NCBI GenBank assembly: GCA_028534125.1
Contig: CM052816.1
Coordinates: forward strand, 1,612,001-1,676,000
DNA from: Lama glama
Taxonomy: Eukaryota
DNA: 64,000 nucleotides
Reading direction: 5' to 3'
Shown: positions 1 through 13,109 of the stretch, piece by piece
Numbering within the stretch: the first letter of the stretch is position 1
How the letters are laid out: each line of letters begins with the position of its first letter
Position numbers and translations under genes: made by a program
The notes under the pieces: generated by a model
Database searches by the model: none
Seen by the model: the letters and a program-made list of their open reading frames with translations, nothing else
Told to the model about the DNA's origin: nothing

Positions 1-119
1 GATATTATTCAGATGATCCCACAATTAAGAATAGAATTACAGTCAAAGCAGGTGGTCTAAGTCCTCACACAGCTGGGGCGTGCCTAGCCCAAAAGTCCCG
101 GCAAGGCAACCTGAGCCTG

Positions 120-380
120 TGGCTTTGGAACTAAGGGCTGAGTGCTGAGTGAAATTAGCTAGATGAAGAGGAGGAGGTAGCGGTGATGCCATGAGGGATG
201 TTCCAGGAGCGAGGACAGCCCGTGCAGTAGGCCCTGTGGAGGGAGGGACCTTGGTCCTGAAATAAGGCCAGTGTGTCCAGGGCACAAGGTGTGAGAGGGT
301 GTGAAGGGAGAGGAAGATGAAGAATTAGAAGTCAACCATGCAGGGCCTTGAAGGCCACGTCAGTGTCCTGAGGGGTCTAA
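120..380 (-). mobile_element. LINE-2 fragment (ancient)
   Basis: Purine-rich antisense L2 signature (gttccagg...gtgcagtaggccctgtggagggagggaccttgg...gcagggccttgaaggccac) resembling recalled consensus. Confidence 0.55.
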
Positions 381-1684
381 CACTTTCCAGATTTTATGAC
401 TTCTTTATGGTGACTTCTGTCTTTCTCCTATCCCAAGACCCTTTTCCCCTAACCCTGCTATCCTCTTTTCTTTCAAAAGAACAGGAAGACCTGGCTAAGG
501 GGGTACCACGCTGACGGCCTTAGCATTGCCCCTGGCCGGTATTCACTGCAGTTAGCAAATAAGGCGCCAACCTGACGTCTGGGGTCCCAGGAACCTGCTG
601 CAGGCCAGTGAGACAGCACATTCTCTTCTAAGACAAGAAAGACCCTGACATTTTTTCTTTGACATAAAAAAAAAAAAAAAAAAAGCCAGACCTGCCAGGA
701 AGGCCCCGTGGCTGGAGCTTCAAATGCTGGAAAGGAAATTAGTTTCTGCAAAAACACAAGGCTGAACATTAGGCCCTTCCACTCCCTGCCTCAGATGCTA
801 ATCTGGTTGGCGACAGTGGTCTACAGGAGACAGAGGTCGCGTAGGGACTCTGTACTTATGCCCCTCCCCCCAACACTTTTAAAATTTCAGATGGTGTGAT
901 GAAGGATTCAGGCTGCTGGGCACCTGCCTTAATCAGATTCATTCCACTCTGTCAGGGAGGGCTGTTCTCTGGTGTCTCTGAGGAAATAAAGATGATAAAT
1001 AGAAAGTCTCGTACTTTATTAGCATGGATGGGCAGACGGATCCCAGCAGTAATTAATCCCAGGATGTTTACACATTTTTTCTTCTTTGTCAACCAAGAGG
1101 GGTGGTTTGCAGTTGTTGCCATAAAGGAAGAATGGAAGCTGAACAACTATGCCCCCCTCATGCAGGTGGAAAGAGAGACAGCGGAATGCTGGTTAATCAT
1201 CCCACGATGCTTAACAAACAGCAATGTCCGAAAAGTCAAGACTCTGGGTCCCTAAGGGAAAAACAAGTTGCAGGCATGCAGGAGGACCCTCTTAGAACAG
1301 CTTAGAAAATCCTGTGGCTTAAGCCTAAATTAGTACAGATCTTTTTTTTTTCTTTTTTTTTTTCTTGGATAGGGAAAAAGGGGATATGGAGAATGTAAGC
1401 CTCCTCCCCCCAAAAAACAATACAAAACAGCTATGAATGCTTATGAAAACTGCATTGTTTCAGAACTATTGTGAGTAATTAAGGGTCAGGCAGAAAATCC
1501 TTTTGTTCCAATCCTAGGATTGTTCCACATCTTTCCAGAACATCCACATTCTTCCTTGCCTAGTAAGGACTGCAGAATGGCTGAAGGTTCGTCATTCCAG
1601 GACAGATATTCTGGGATGATCTGGGTTGTTGTGAGGCCTTGGGGACACTATTATGAGCATCAATCCTTTTTATGCTGTCACCCG

Positions 1685-1840
1685 AGAACAGGAAATTCAG
1701 GCTTGGGTTCTGGCTCCACAAAATATGAATCATGTGACCTTGGGTAAATCACTTCGCCTCTCTGAACCTCAGTTCACTTATCTGCAAAATCAAGGGATTA
1801 TGGCCCTGGATAGCTTGAAATTTCTGTGTTCCTGGATTTA
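1685..1840 (+). mobile_element. MIR SINE
   Basis: MIR core tgtgaccttgggtaaatcacttcgcctctctgaacctcagttcacttatctgcaaaat. Confidence 0.8.
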
Positions 1841-3592
1841 AAAGGCTGCATTGACAGCAATTTTAGGATATTGGGCTGAGTATGTAATCAAACGAGGGTA
1901 GACACTTCTTACACTTTTTAGATACATTTTAGGTGTGAGAGGTGTATTTGTGGAGCGGTGGTGGTGGGAGGCGATTTATCTATTTCTTCTTAAAGATTTT
2001 TGGGAAACATTAAAAATAAACAACTAAGAGCTATTTGCAATTTGCACGCTGAATACATAGGTGTTTCTAAAGAGTTCTACAGTGTTTAAAATAGTTTGTC
2101 CTCTCAGACACTTTGATTTTACTTCTCAAAGATTTTTTGTTGTTGTTTTTTGGGTTTCTTTCTGCACACATTCTCACTGTTTTCAGACATTTTATTCTTA
2201 AAACATGGAAAGATCAACCTCAGCCAACAGACTGAAAATATGTACTATCTGAGTTAAGGAAAGCTTCTTACGCTTTCTGGAGCTCTGGGCATCTCATCTT
2301 CAATCTTTTGAGTTCTGGGAAACTCCAAATCTATTTGCTGAAGCAAGAAGGGAAAAAAAAATTCTTGGAGGGTATCCAGAATAGAATTAGACTGTGTTTC
2401 CAAGGTCTTCTGTTCAACCCTAGCCTCTTTGACTTGCCATAGGTCCTGCTCATCACACTCTATTCATGAGAAAATAGCCATGAAACACCCACATGTTTTA
2501 AGCAAACAAACTCTACTTCATTGGAGATGTGTTATTACGCATTAGCCTACTAGGCAAAGCTAATATTGCCAAATAATAAATAAGGAAAGGGAAACACAAG
2601 GTTTGTTTTAAGATGCAAAGTAAGAAAGAACATCATTTTCTCTCCCTTGGGACTCAGCCCACTGTGAACCAAAAGCCAGAGTTCACCACCCTAATATCCT
2701 AAACCTATTAACCAGATCAAAATCTCTGTATCTAAACATGCTGCCAGCTGAAACTGAACAGAGCCAGTATTTCATATGGTTCGAATTCGTGTCCTTTTTT
2801 CTGCTCACAGAATTCCCTAAGTGATTTTAGTAGCCAGCATTTCTCCCTTGAAGAGAAATGGTACGTGTGTGCATGTGTGTATGTGATGTGGTGGTGGTGA
2901 TCAAGATTAGTGCTTTATTATTTCTTTTTTACGTGAAATATCTATTTCCAAAGCTGTAGTCCAGGTTCCTCATATCTTTGGTATTTGGTAGAACAAAATT
3001 TTGTGGATTTGACGGTTTTCTTTCACTTTTTTTCTTTTTCTCTTTTCCTCTTTTGTTACAAAACCAGCACAGCTTCGAGGACTTTCACATACAACAAGCC
3101 GAGATAGTTCCTGTTTGCCCAGTTCCCAGATGAAAGAAAAACAAAGCTAGTGTGGGGTGGTTTATCATTTTTTGAAACAAGATACATGTTTCCCATGTTC
3201 AGATCTGAAAATACGCAACTGTAATTTAATCTACCTTTATTAGATTACAGAGTTATGTCCACAAAATTGTGGAAGCCATCCTAAATTAGTAAGGCCAGGG
3301 AAGAAGCAGGCTGGGTGTGAGAATTTCCGCTGCTCTTGCCTGCCATGTCTTCTGAACAGAGAGACAAGTTGTGGGTGAAGCACTCGGTTCACTAGGGACA
3401 GGGGAGCTTAGCACCCCTGCAGGGTCCTCAATGCGAAGTCCACCCTCTACTTCTTCCACAGTGACCTCAGAGTAACCCCAGTGCTCAAGGAGTATGTTGG
3501 TACAAGCTGTACAACAGGCCAGAAATGGCCAGGTCTCCCAAAAGTTATCCTTTACTGGTCCAAATATGCTTGATGCTTACAGAGCCCTCCAT

Positions 3593-3660
3593 AGTGTTGT
3601 CTGATAAAATACAGGACACCCAATTAAATTTGTATTTCAGATAAATAAAGAATAATTTTT
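3593..3660. mobile_element. MER53-like hAT MITE, left part, interrupted by L1
   Basis: gataaaatacaggacacccaattaaatttgtatttcagataaataaagaataattttt matches the recalled MER53 left arm. Confidence 0.7.
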
Positions 3661-4559
3661 AAACTCAAAGTGGATTAAAGACCTAAATGTAAGACCAGAT
3701 ACTATAAAACTCCTAGTGGAAAACATAGGCAGAATACTCACGGACATAAATCACAGCAATATATTTTTTGAACCAGCTCCTGGAGTACTGGAAATAAAAG
3801 CAAAAATAAACAAATGGGATCTAACTAAACTTAAAAGCTTTTGCACAACAACAACAATGAAAAGACAACCTACAGAACGGGAGAAAATATTTGCAAATGA
3901 TGCGACTGACAAGGGACTAATTTCCAAAATATAAAAACAGCTCATACACCTTAACATCAAAGAAACAAGCAACCCAATCTCAAAATGGGCAGGAGACCTA
4001 AACAAGCAATTCTCCAATGAAGACATACAAATGGCCAATAGGACACATGAAAAAACGCTCAGCATCGCTAATTGTCAGAGAAATGCAGATCAAAACTACA
4101 ATGAGATATCACCTCACACCAGCCAGAATGGCCATCATTGAAAAGTCTACAAATGATAGATGCTGGAGAGGGTATGCAAAAAAGGGAACCCTCCCACACT
4201 GTTGGTGGGAGTGTAGATTGGTGCAGCCACTATGGAGGACAGTATGGAGGTTCCTTAAAAAACTAAAAATAGACTTATCATGTGATCCAGCAATCCCACT
4301 CCTGAGCATATATCCAGAAGGAATCTTAATTCAAAAAGACACATGCACCCCAGTGTTCATAGCAGCCCTATTTACAACAGCCAAGACATGGGAACAACCC
4401 AAATGTCCATCAACAGATGACTGGATAAAGAAGATATGGTACATATATACAATGGAACACTACTCAGCCATAAAAAAGAATAAAATAATGCCATTTGCAA
4501 CAATATGGGTGGACCTGAAGATTGTCATTCTAAGTGAAGTGGGCCAGAAAGAGAAAGAA
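3661..4559 (+). mobile_element. Young lineage-specific LINE-1, 5'-truncated, disrupted ORF2 C-terminal region running into the gap
   Basis: ORF2 peptides [62 protein letters not shown]; split over two ORFs (3716-3934 and 4017-) by stop/frameshift. Confidence 0.95.
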
Positions 4560-5059
4560 NNNNNNNNNNNNNNNNNNNNNNNNNNNNNNNNNNNNNNNNN
4601 NNNNNNNNNNNNNNNNNNNNNNNNNNNNNNNNNNNNNNNNNNNNNNNNNNNNNNNNNNNNNNNNNNNNNNNNNNNNNNNNNNNNNNNNNNNNNNNNNNNN
4701 NNNNNNNNNNNNNNNNNNNNNNNNNNNNNNNNNNNNNNNNNNNNNNNNNNNNNNNNNNNNNNNNNNNNNNNNNNNNNNNNNNNNNNNNNNNNNNNNNNNN
4801 NNNNNNNNNNNNNNNNNNNNNNNNNNNNNNNNNNNNNNNNNNNNNNNNNNNNNNNNNNNNNNNNNNNNNNNNNNNNNNNNNNNNNNNNNNNNNNNNNNNN
4901 NNNNNNNNNNNNNNNNNNNNNNNNNNNNNNNNNNNNNNNNNNNNNNNNNNNNNNNNNNNNNNNNNNNNNNNNNNNNNNNNNNNNNNNNNNNNNNNNNNNN
5001 NNNNNNNNNNNNNNNNNNNNNNNNNNNNNNNNNNNNNNNNNNNNNNNNNNNNNNNNNNN
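4560..5059. other. Assembly gap (500 N)
   Basis: Run of N. Confidence 1.
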
Positions 5060-5949
5060 AGCCTCCAAGGACTTCACCACCCACTACTATGCTACACTGT
5101 GGGACTTTATTTTGCTTTCATTGCTTTGTTCTTTTTCCTCTCTGTGATTTGCAGAGCAGTGTGGGAAAATGGTTAACACAGAATAAAAGTTAAAATTAAA
5201 ACCGTTTTTTCCACTATGGTGCTGTCTCCTTCCCACCCCCTCATCCCTGGGGGCCTATCAACTGAGTTAAGTAGCATTACAAAGGCTACTGAGTTCCAGA
5301 ACTATAGCCATAATCTACCTAAAATGGACTGATTTCCTAGCTCCAGGACAAGATAAATGATTAGTTGACTGTGCTTGATAATATGGAGAGAATTGATAGA
5401 TAATGAAACAAGCTCATTTTAAGATGCCTGTGGAAATGTGGAAATTTGTGGCATTTATTAAACAATTCAGGTTGCTCAAATAACTTTATGTTTTGGGCTC
5501 GAAGAGTTTCCAAGGAAAGCTACTGTTCGCAGCCCTCTGACATCAGACTTGCTAGATTGAACAGGAAAAGCTTGTTTCTCTCTGCCAACCTGAGGAATAA
5601 CACCTAAATATTTTCACCCTGAGGAGAAGGACCTGTCAGAGAGACATACTCCATCCCAACCAGTGACCCAGCCCAGGCTCTGACAATACCCAAGTCTTTG
5701 TCGAACACTTATGTGCCAAGCACACGTGGTGACCACTTTAACATCCACTTTTTGGTTTAACACACATAGAGTTTTACAGAACATGTTAAAACCCCATTTT
5801 ACATATGAGACTATCAAGACTTACAATGATTAAGAATCTTTCCTTGGTGAGACATATAATAATAGTAATCCAAGTAGATAGAAAAGAGGGTTTGCTCAGA
5901 ACATGGGGTAAATGTGGAAGACTGAATTGGGGTCCATGTGATGAGTTAA

Positions 5950-6120
5950 ATACAATAGAAACAGTGTGTCTGAGGCATGGTGCTAAGTGTCTTTCAGCAC
6001 TATCTTTAGCCTAATCATCACGTCAAGGATATGAAGTAGGTAGTAAAATAGACCCTATTTTAGAGGTGGGAAAATGGAGCTCTGAGGGAGGTTAGGAAAA
6101 TTGCCAGTAATTGAGCATTG
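5950..6120 (-). mobile_element. MIR SINE
   Basis: ccctattttagaggtgggaaaatggagctctgagggaggttaggaaaattgcc, antisense MIR core. Confidence 0.65.
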
Positions 6121-6809
6121 CATGGGAACTCCTACAGTCACGGCTTGTACAATAAAAGAGATGTTGGTGCAAAGGATGCTGAGATAAGTCAGGGCAGCTT
6201 CAGACTGCACACAATGACAATGAGGACTCCAAGTGGGACAAAAGACCTTCCACTTAAGCAAGTATATAGGCTGTAACACAACGCAACCCAAGTGCTTGGG
6301 GACGTGAGTAGAGAGAACGTTATCTCTGAGCCACAGCTTGGCAGGAAGTCAAAAAGGAGAGGCTGACTGGTTGCCTAGGTCAGGAAGCTCCTCTAAGTGG
6401 AATGACGTACCCCCTTCTCTGCTCTGCGGCACTGGGGCACTCAGCTAGGGCTTCTAGTGCCAACCGCACTGCAGTGTTTTCGTGGGGAAGTCAGGCTCCA
6501 AGGAGGGTCTGAGGATGAATAAGTCACCATTATACCTGATCTTGCTCTCCACCACTACCAACCAGCAAGCAAGCAAAGGATTCTATTTTTAAGTCACACT
6601 GTGCACTGGGTAACTCTGCAGAACACAAGTTGTGTGGAATTATTAAAGGGATCAAAGCCTTACAATAAAGGAATGAACTTTAATGAGTCAGTTAGCAGAG
6701 TGCAGAGTGGCAGAGATCAGAGAAAGGGACGGTGAGATCTGGACAACAGTGTCTCCCCACAGTGCTAGAAAATACTAAACAGACAGGTAAAATGATTAGA
6801 CACCCAGGA

Positions 6810-6990
6810 TTTGCTGCAAAACATTACTGGAGGTAGGGGAAGGTGATGAATGAGAATTGTTGGGAGTACAGATAAAATTAGATAGTCCATAGACTGATAA
6901 ATGTTGAATCTCTGTGATGAGTATGTTAGGGTTCATTATGCTCTATTAGGTTATGTATGTTTGAAATTTTCTACAATAATTTAAAAAAAT
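6810..6990 (+). mobile_element. Old L1M (L1ME/MD-like) 3' end
   Basis: gatgagtatgttagggttcattatgctctatt...tatgtttgaaattttctacaataatttaaaaaaa. Confidence 0.65.
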
Positions 6991-7104
6991 AGTATAGATA
7001 TGGTCTAGTCTATTAGATAGAAAATTGTATCCCACTGAGAACGTAAGTGTGACCAGGGGGATGGCCTGGATTCTCTGCACAAAGCTGTGAGTTTCCCCTA
7101 CATC

Positions 7105-7350
7105 CAAACAACCTCCAAGTCCGGTACCTTCAAACTCTAAAATTTATCTCAAATCCATCCACTTTTCTCCATTTTCACTGCCACCACCCTAGTCCTGGCA
7201 CCACCAGCGCCAGCATCGCTTGTCTAGACAGCAGCTGAGCCCCCCTAACTATGGCCTCCCTATTTCCAGTAGGACTGTCTCTTTCCAATCTCTTCTTCCT
7301 ACAAAAGATGGGAGTGATCTTTTCAAAATGCTGATCTGATATTCTCATGC
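7105..7350 (+). mobile_element. LINE-2 fragment (5' piece; resumes at about 10395)
   Basis: tctcaaatccatccacttttctccattttcactgccaccaccctagtcc...gtgatcttttcaaaatgc. Confidence 0.7.
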
Positions 7351-8309
7351 GAAAAAAAGCAAGATGCAGAATAGTATACATAACTTTGTGTAAGAAAGGG
7401 GAGACCACGTGCATACACATGCACATACACGCACACACACGTGTGTATATATTATTTGCTTACAATTGCAAAAGAAACTCCAGAAAGATAAACCAAAAAC
7501 TTATGTAATTAAAAGAGGAGGGAGGGTACAATTGAGGATACAGATGTCAGCCAAACTTCTCTGAATGTGTCCTCTTATAAATCTTGACTTTGGAGTCATG
7601 CAAATATTTATATATTCAAAAAATAACACTAAGGAAAAGTGAAAATAAAACTAAGGTATTTCTAAAAATTGAAACCAAACTGAAATGAAAAAGGAAGCAG
7701 AGAGCCTTGTAGAAATGGCAGGAAATAGAAAAGTTGAGTTGGGAATATGTTATGGTGTAAGGAAGAAAGGACACTATCAAAGATGAATGAGGTCCGGTTA
7801 AAACAACAAAGATCTGACATGAGGGACTTCCCACTGGCGAAACACAGGACAATTTATGCATCAATAGAATAATGGCTAAAATTGTTAAAAACACATTGAA
7901 TATATAGAAACCATAAGTTCATAATGACACCAAAAAAAAGAGAAAGTGGAAAAAAAAGGGAAGGAGAAAATTACATCTTTGGGCACTATTAGAAGTAACT
8001 AGCCCACCAGCAGCTTACTCTGCAAACTTGCAATCAAAGGGAAAGAATAAAATACATAGTGCCTTTCCTGGGTCAGCTATATTCCAGAGTCGCACACCAG
8101 CCCAAACTGATGAGGGAAATTTTTATCTTTTACAGAGGGATTCTAATTCATAAACGCAGCAGGAAGGATGGCATTCAAAACTCATCATCCTGCGATTCTT
8201 AATGGAATAGCTGATTCACATAATGATCGTCAGTGGATGGAGTCATTAGATGAGAGACTTGCTGGGGAGTTTGCAGTGTGGGAGTTAGGCTTTCATCCCC
8301 TGAATGTTA

Positions 8310-9375
8310 AGCCCATTTTGCTTCCCTGGGGTAATTCTCACTTGATTATCAGATCTAAACTTTTTATGACAGTGGATCTAGTTCGCTGATACTTTGTTGA
8401 GGATTTTTATGTATTTATTGGGGATACTGGTCTATATTTGTCGTTTGTTATATCTTTGGCTTCAGTTTCATTAATACTGGTCTCATGAAATGAGTTGGAA
8501 GCATTCCTTCCTCCTGTATGTTCTGGGAGAATTTGTGAAGGATTGCTATTATATCTTTAAACATTTGAGAGAATTCACCAGTGAAGCCGTCGAGGCTTAG
8601 CATATTTTTGTGGGAAGATTTTTAATTAGTGATCTATTCAGATTTTCTATTTCCTCTTGGGTCAGTTTTGATAATTTGATAATTTCTAGGAATTTTAAAG
8701 ATTTTCATCTAAGTTGTCTATTTGTTGGTATAAACGTATTTGTGGTTTTCCCATATCTTTTTAATTTCTGTAGAGTTATTCCTGATTTTATTTTTATTCC
8801 TGATTTTGATGATAGATGTCTTTTATTTACTTAGTTTAGCTAAGGGTTTGTCCATTTTGCTGATCTTTTCAATCATTCAACTTATGATTTCATTGATTTT
8901 TAAAAAATTTTTTGTTATATATTTCATTGATTTTCACTCTAAGCTTTATTATTTCCTTTCTTCTCCTTACCTTGTGTTTACGTTGCTCTTCACTTTCTAG
9001 ATTGTTCAGGTCGAAGATTTGGTTATTGATTTGAGATTTTCTGTTTAACATAGGCATTTAAGGCTATATATTTCCCTCTTAGCACTGCTTTACGTACATC
9101 CCATACATTTTGACATGTTTTCATTATAATTCCGCTCCAATTTCTCTTGTGGTTTTTTTCTTTGACCCATGAGTTATTTACACATGTGCTGCTTAATTAT
9201 CAAGTACTTGTGATTTCTCAAATTTCTTTCTACTGTTGATTTCCAATTTAATTCTGTTGTGGTTGGAGAACATTGTGTTATTTCAATCCTTTAAATTTAC
9301 TGAGAATGATTTTATCACCTAGTTACATGATCTGTCCTGGAGAATGTTTCATGTGTGCTTGAAATGGGTGAATAT
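8310..9375 (-). mobile_element. Old L1M ORF2 fragment (antisense)
   Basis: T-rich antisense L1: atactggtctcatgaaatgagttggaagcattcc, gaattcaccagtgaagcc, ttccctcttagcactgcttt. Confidence 0.9.
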
Positions 9376-9463
9376 ACCAGCCAATCTTAGCGTTACTGCA
9401 AGTGGAACAGCTAGACATTATGTGCCTTGTGATCTGATGCAATAGGTGAGTCACAGTATCACA

Positions 9464-9791
9464 TATATTAGTCAAAATGGACAAGATTATGCTGCATAAA
9501 AAAAATACCTAAATTCCAGTGGCTACTTACCTACTAAGGGGCCAGGCTGATAGAAGTGCATCTCAACGTGCCCTCCATGATCACACTGAAAGCAAAAGGA
9601 GACAAGGCAAATCATGCACTGGGTCGTAGAGCTACTACCAAAAACTGACTAATTGTGCTCTCACTCTTATGTAACTAACCAAAGCAAGTCACTTAATCAC
9701 AGTTAATTTTACAGGGGCAGGGAAGTGCTATTCCACCATACACCTGGAAGAGACCTGAAAATTCTTAGTGAAAAGCACTTAATAATTGACA
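9464..9791 (-). mobile_element. MLT1 (MaLR) LTR, MLT1I/J-like
   Basis: tatattagtc...ttatgctgcataaa; ccaaagcaagtcacttaatcac...ggggcagggaagtgc. Confidence 0.65.
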
Positions 9792-10394
9792 TACTACTGT
9801 GAAATACTCTCGCCAAAATTTGCTGAACTCAAATCTAATCAAAATTTTAGGGTTAACTTCCGGTTTATAGGAACACTGTGGTATTGAAGAACAAGTTAAG
9901 TGATACCATAAATAAGCAAGAAAACAAATCTAATTCTTTAAAAAAAAAAAAAAACCTGTGTTATGAAAAAAAAAGGGGGTTAAAAAGACCAAGAGGCTTA
10001 ACAATTGAATGTAAGATATAGGCACTGTTTAGACCCTGAGTTCAACCAGCTAATGAAGACATTTGAGACAACTACAGAAATTTGAATACAGAGTAAATAT
10101 TAGATAACACCAAGGAATTAGTAATGTTAAAAATGATAATGGCATGGTAGTCTTGTACGAAAACATCTGTATTTTTACAAGATGCATTCATAGGTAGGTA
10201 AGGATGACAGTATGTCTGTGGGTTGCTTTATAATACTTTAAAATTCTTTAGCAGAGGAAAAATTGACAGATGAAGCAAATGTGATAAAGTCTAGATAACT
10301 GTAGAATCTGACTGGTGTGCTTATGAGAGTGTATTAGAGTATGTGCTCTCTGTTTGTGTATATTCAAATTTTATTTAATAAAGACATTTAAACA

Positions 10395-10500
10395 ATTGAA
10401 TCTGATCCTGTCACTTCTTCGATCAAAACCTTTTACCGACTGCAGTGGCTGAAGAGGAAGTCCAAATTCATTACCCGGCTCCTCAGGTTCAGCGTCTGCT
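10395..10500 (+). mobile_element. LINE-2 fragment (continuation of 7105-7350)
   Basis: aatctgatcctgtcacttcttcgatcaaaacctt...aagtccaaattc. Confidence 0.6.
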
Positions 10501-11689
10501 TGTCATCATCTTCCTCACTGGTCACACTTTGATTGAGCATTTACCATGTGCCCAGGACTAAACTGAGCCCTCCATATAAAATTATTTATTTCAGATCTAC
10601 TAGCAAGGCGAGAGAGATTGAGATTATTGATCTAGCTTCCAGGACAAACAAAAGCAACTTAAGCCTGAAACAAGACAAGAAAATACAGTCTCTTGCCAAG
10701 GAAGGTGCTAGCTATGACTGCGTAACAGATGACAGCCCTGTGGGCTTTCTTTGACACTGGCAGTCAAGCTTCACTTTCGCTTAATCTGACGGTTACGACT
10801 CCAGAGAACTCGTCTAGAAGTTGGGGAGAGTTAATGAACCATACCTCATGGCCCCTACAGTTGCGTGGATACAGTCCGGGTTGCCTGAAACCTAACACAT
10901 CGCGAAGAAGCTAAAGCTTTAAGGCAGCTGTGTCACGTAAGTGCTCCCATTTTCCAAAACGGGATGAGAACACGTAGGAGCCCCAAAACACAGAATACTG
11001 GAGCAGCGGGGGCTAGGCAATCCTCTGTTTACAAATCAAAGCCCCAAAGTAAGGAACTTGCCCAAGGTCCCCTATCTAGTTAAACTTTTAAACCTCTTTT
11101 AGTACTTTTTCTGCTGGAATCAGGAGGAAATTTGAGCCCAGGATGGCAAATAGATCTCAGCTGACATTCCAACTCCAAATAGTTGTTGGTGTTTGGAGCC
11201 ACACTGTAGTGTGAAAGAGTCCCAGTCTGGCTTTAGAAGAAAATAGTGCTGTAATCAATTAGCAATGTCTGCCATGGACAACAGTCAGGAGAAGAAGGCG
11301 TCTCTGCTACAAGTTTGCTGACCTTGAAGATTGGGCCAGCAAGGTCGTTGCAGCAGGGGTGAGGGTGGGACGGTCCAACGTTAAGTGGCCTGTTGTACAC
11401 ACCCTCCTTCTTCCTAGACAGGCCCTGTATTACTATTTATCTCATCGTGTATTTGATTTTGCACATGGTCAGAATGCCTATGAATCATTGCTCCGGGTTA
11501 CTCCCCATCCTACTTGAGATGAGAAGGTAAGTTGCAAAGTCAGGTCCTGGGCCAGCCAGATAACAGCATTTTGTTTGTTCTTCCTCTCACAGAAGGGTGA
11601 TCCCCTAGCCAGCAGAGATCTCCTGAGCGCACAGACCAGCCTGCTGCAGAAGCCTGTTGTTGCCTTTTCTTTGACTTCTTTGAGATAAA

Positions 11690-11810
11690 GATATAGATTC
11701 TGGAACACAGGAGAGGCTTCTGGAATCATCTAGTGACATCTGATTTTACAGATGAGGAAACTGAGGCCCAAAGGAGGGAACTAGCTTGTCTAAAGTTACA
11801 GAGGGAAACG
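11690..11810 (-). mobile_element. MIR SINE
   Basis: attttacagatgaggaaactgaggcccaaaggagggaactagcttgtctaaagttacag. Confidence 0.8.
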
Positions 11811-12234
11811 CAGGCTGCCAGTCTTCCCACATGCCATATTTATTTGCTTTATTCTTCCTCCAACTTTATCTCCCCAACTGTGGCCATTGAACTTCCCACA
11901 TGAGAATCTTTTGAAAAAGAACAAATAAATTAATGGCATGTGTCATAATGCAACCTTAGCAGAGAAGAAGCAACATAAACACGAAGTGACAATGACTAGC
12001 TTATATCTCGAAAGCAAGTAACAGAAAGTGACAGAATACTTGAAATGGTGGTGATATTATTATTCTACTAAAGAGTGTGTCTCATTTCCTAAGTCACACT
12101 AGGAGTCACATCATAAATTTTTTCCCAAGACCCAGAACGTAACACATTTCTTTATTTGTAATATCTGCTGAAGACAATAGATGAATATATTGATTGTGCA
12201 TTTTGATAATTTTGAAAGTTTTGATAGTTTTGCA

Positions 12235-12760
12235 GTGGAACAAAAATGTATTGAGCCTCTAATCTGGGCCAGAAATGTTGCTAGGTGTTAGTAAGACAGA
12301 GATGAATAAAACATAGTCCCAGATTTGCAAAGCTCACAGTTTGGTTGGGAAGACAGGTGGGAAGAAAAAAACTGAAGTGCAGTATAAATGAAATTATAAA
12401 TGTGTATGGAAGGTACAATACTGGCACAGAGGAGGGACAGATTGACTTTGGAAGGCAGCAGGATGTTTTTACAGAAACAACATCTGAGCTAGGCTTTGAA
12501 GGATAAACAGGAGTTCTCTAGTGCACTGATCCACTCAACAAACTTCACAGTACACCCAAGGCATGCCAATTCCTGTGTTAGGTACTGGAAGCTGAGATAC
12601 ATTAAGATAGAGTCCCTGGCCTCTTAGAACTCATAGACTAGATACGAGGCAAATATATAAACAAATAATTATAATATGTTGAGAGCAACAGCCATTGAGA
12701 GAACCCAGGGCAATCATAAGGAAAGGCCATGTTGAGGAAAGGACCTGGTTGGGCGTTTTC
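12235..12760 (-). mobile_element. LINE-2 3' fragments (two tandem pieces)
   Basis: tattgagcctctaatctgggccagaaatgttgctaggtg...; ccactcaacaaac...cctgtgttaggtactgg...gtccctggcctc. Confidence 0.7.
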
Positions 12761-12979
12761 CCTCTGTGTTTATATGGTGCATTTTCAGCAATTACTTATG
12801 GGTCTTTATGACAGCACTAGCATATCAACAGGAAAATGACTCTTTACAAGAGAATTAGTGAGAAGATAAGAAACTGTGAAAAAGTGATGGAAATCTATCA
12901 ATATCCATTTAACAAAAAATTTTAAGCCCCTATCATGGCACTTTACTATTTTGTGGACAGATAAATATCAAGTGGCCAT

Positions 12980-13105
12980 AAAATCAAGGGGTTAATGACA
13001 TGGGTTGGTGGAGTCAGCCTGCCTAGGTTCAAATCCCAGTTTCCTAGCCCACTAGCTATGAGATGTTGAACTAATTGTTCAACCTCTCCGTACTTTACTT
13101 TCCTA
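12980..13105 (+). mobile_element. MIR SINE
   Basis: ggagtcagcctgcctaggttcaaatcccagtttcc...actagctatgag. Confidence 0.75.
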
Positions 13106-13109
13106 AGTG

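Larger units (their letters stand above)
7350..10390 (+). mobile_element. L1MC-like 3' region, interrupted by an antisense L1 and an MLT1
   Basis: agacattatgtgccttgtgatctgatgcaatagg...aatctaatcaaaattttagggttaacttccggtttatagg; L1 3' terminus near 10380. Confidence 0.65.

Noticed and set aside
896..1255. 119-aa ORF as a protein-coding gene
   Set aside because: No recognisable domain, non-ATG start, length compatible with chance
4017..5193. Long ORFs (184-376 aa) in the ORF track
   Set aside because: Artefacts of reading through 500 N; the real part is disrupted L1 ORF2
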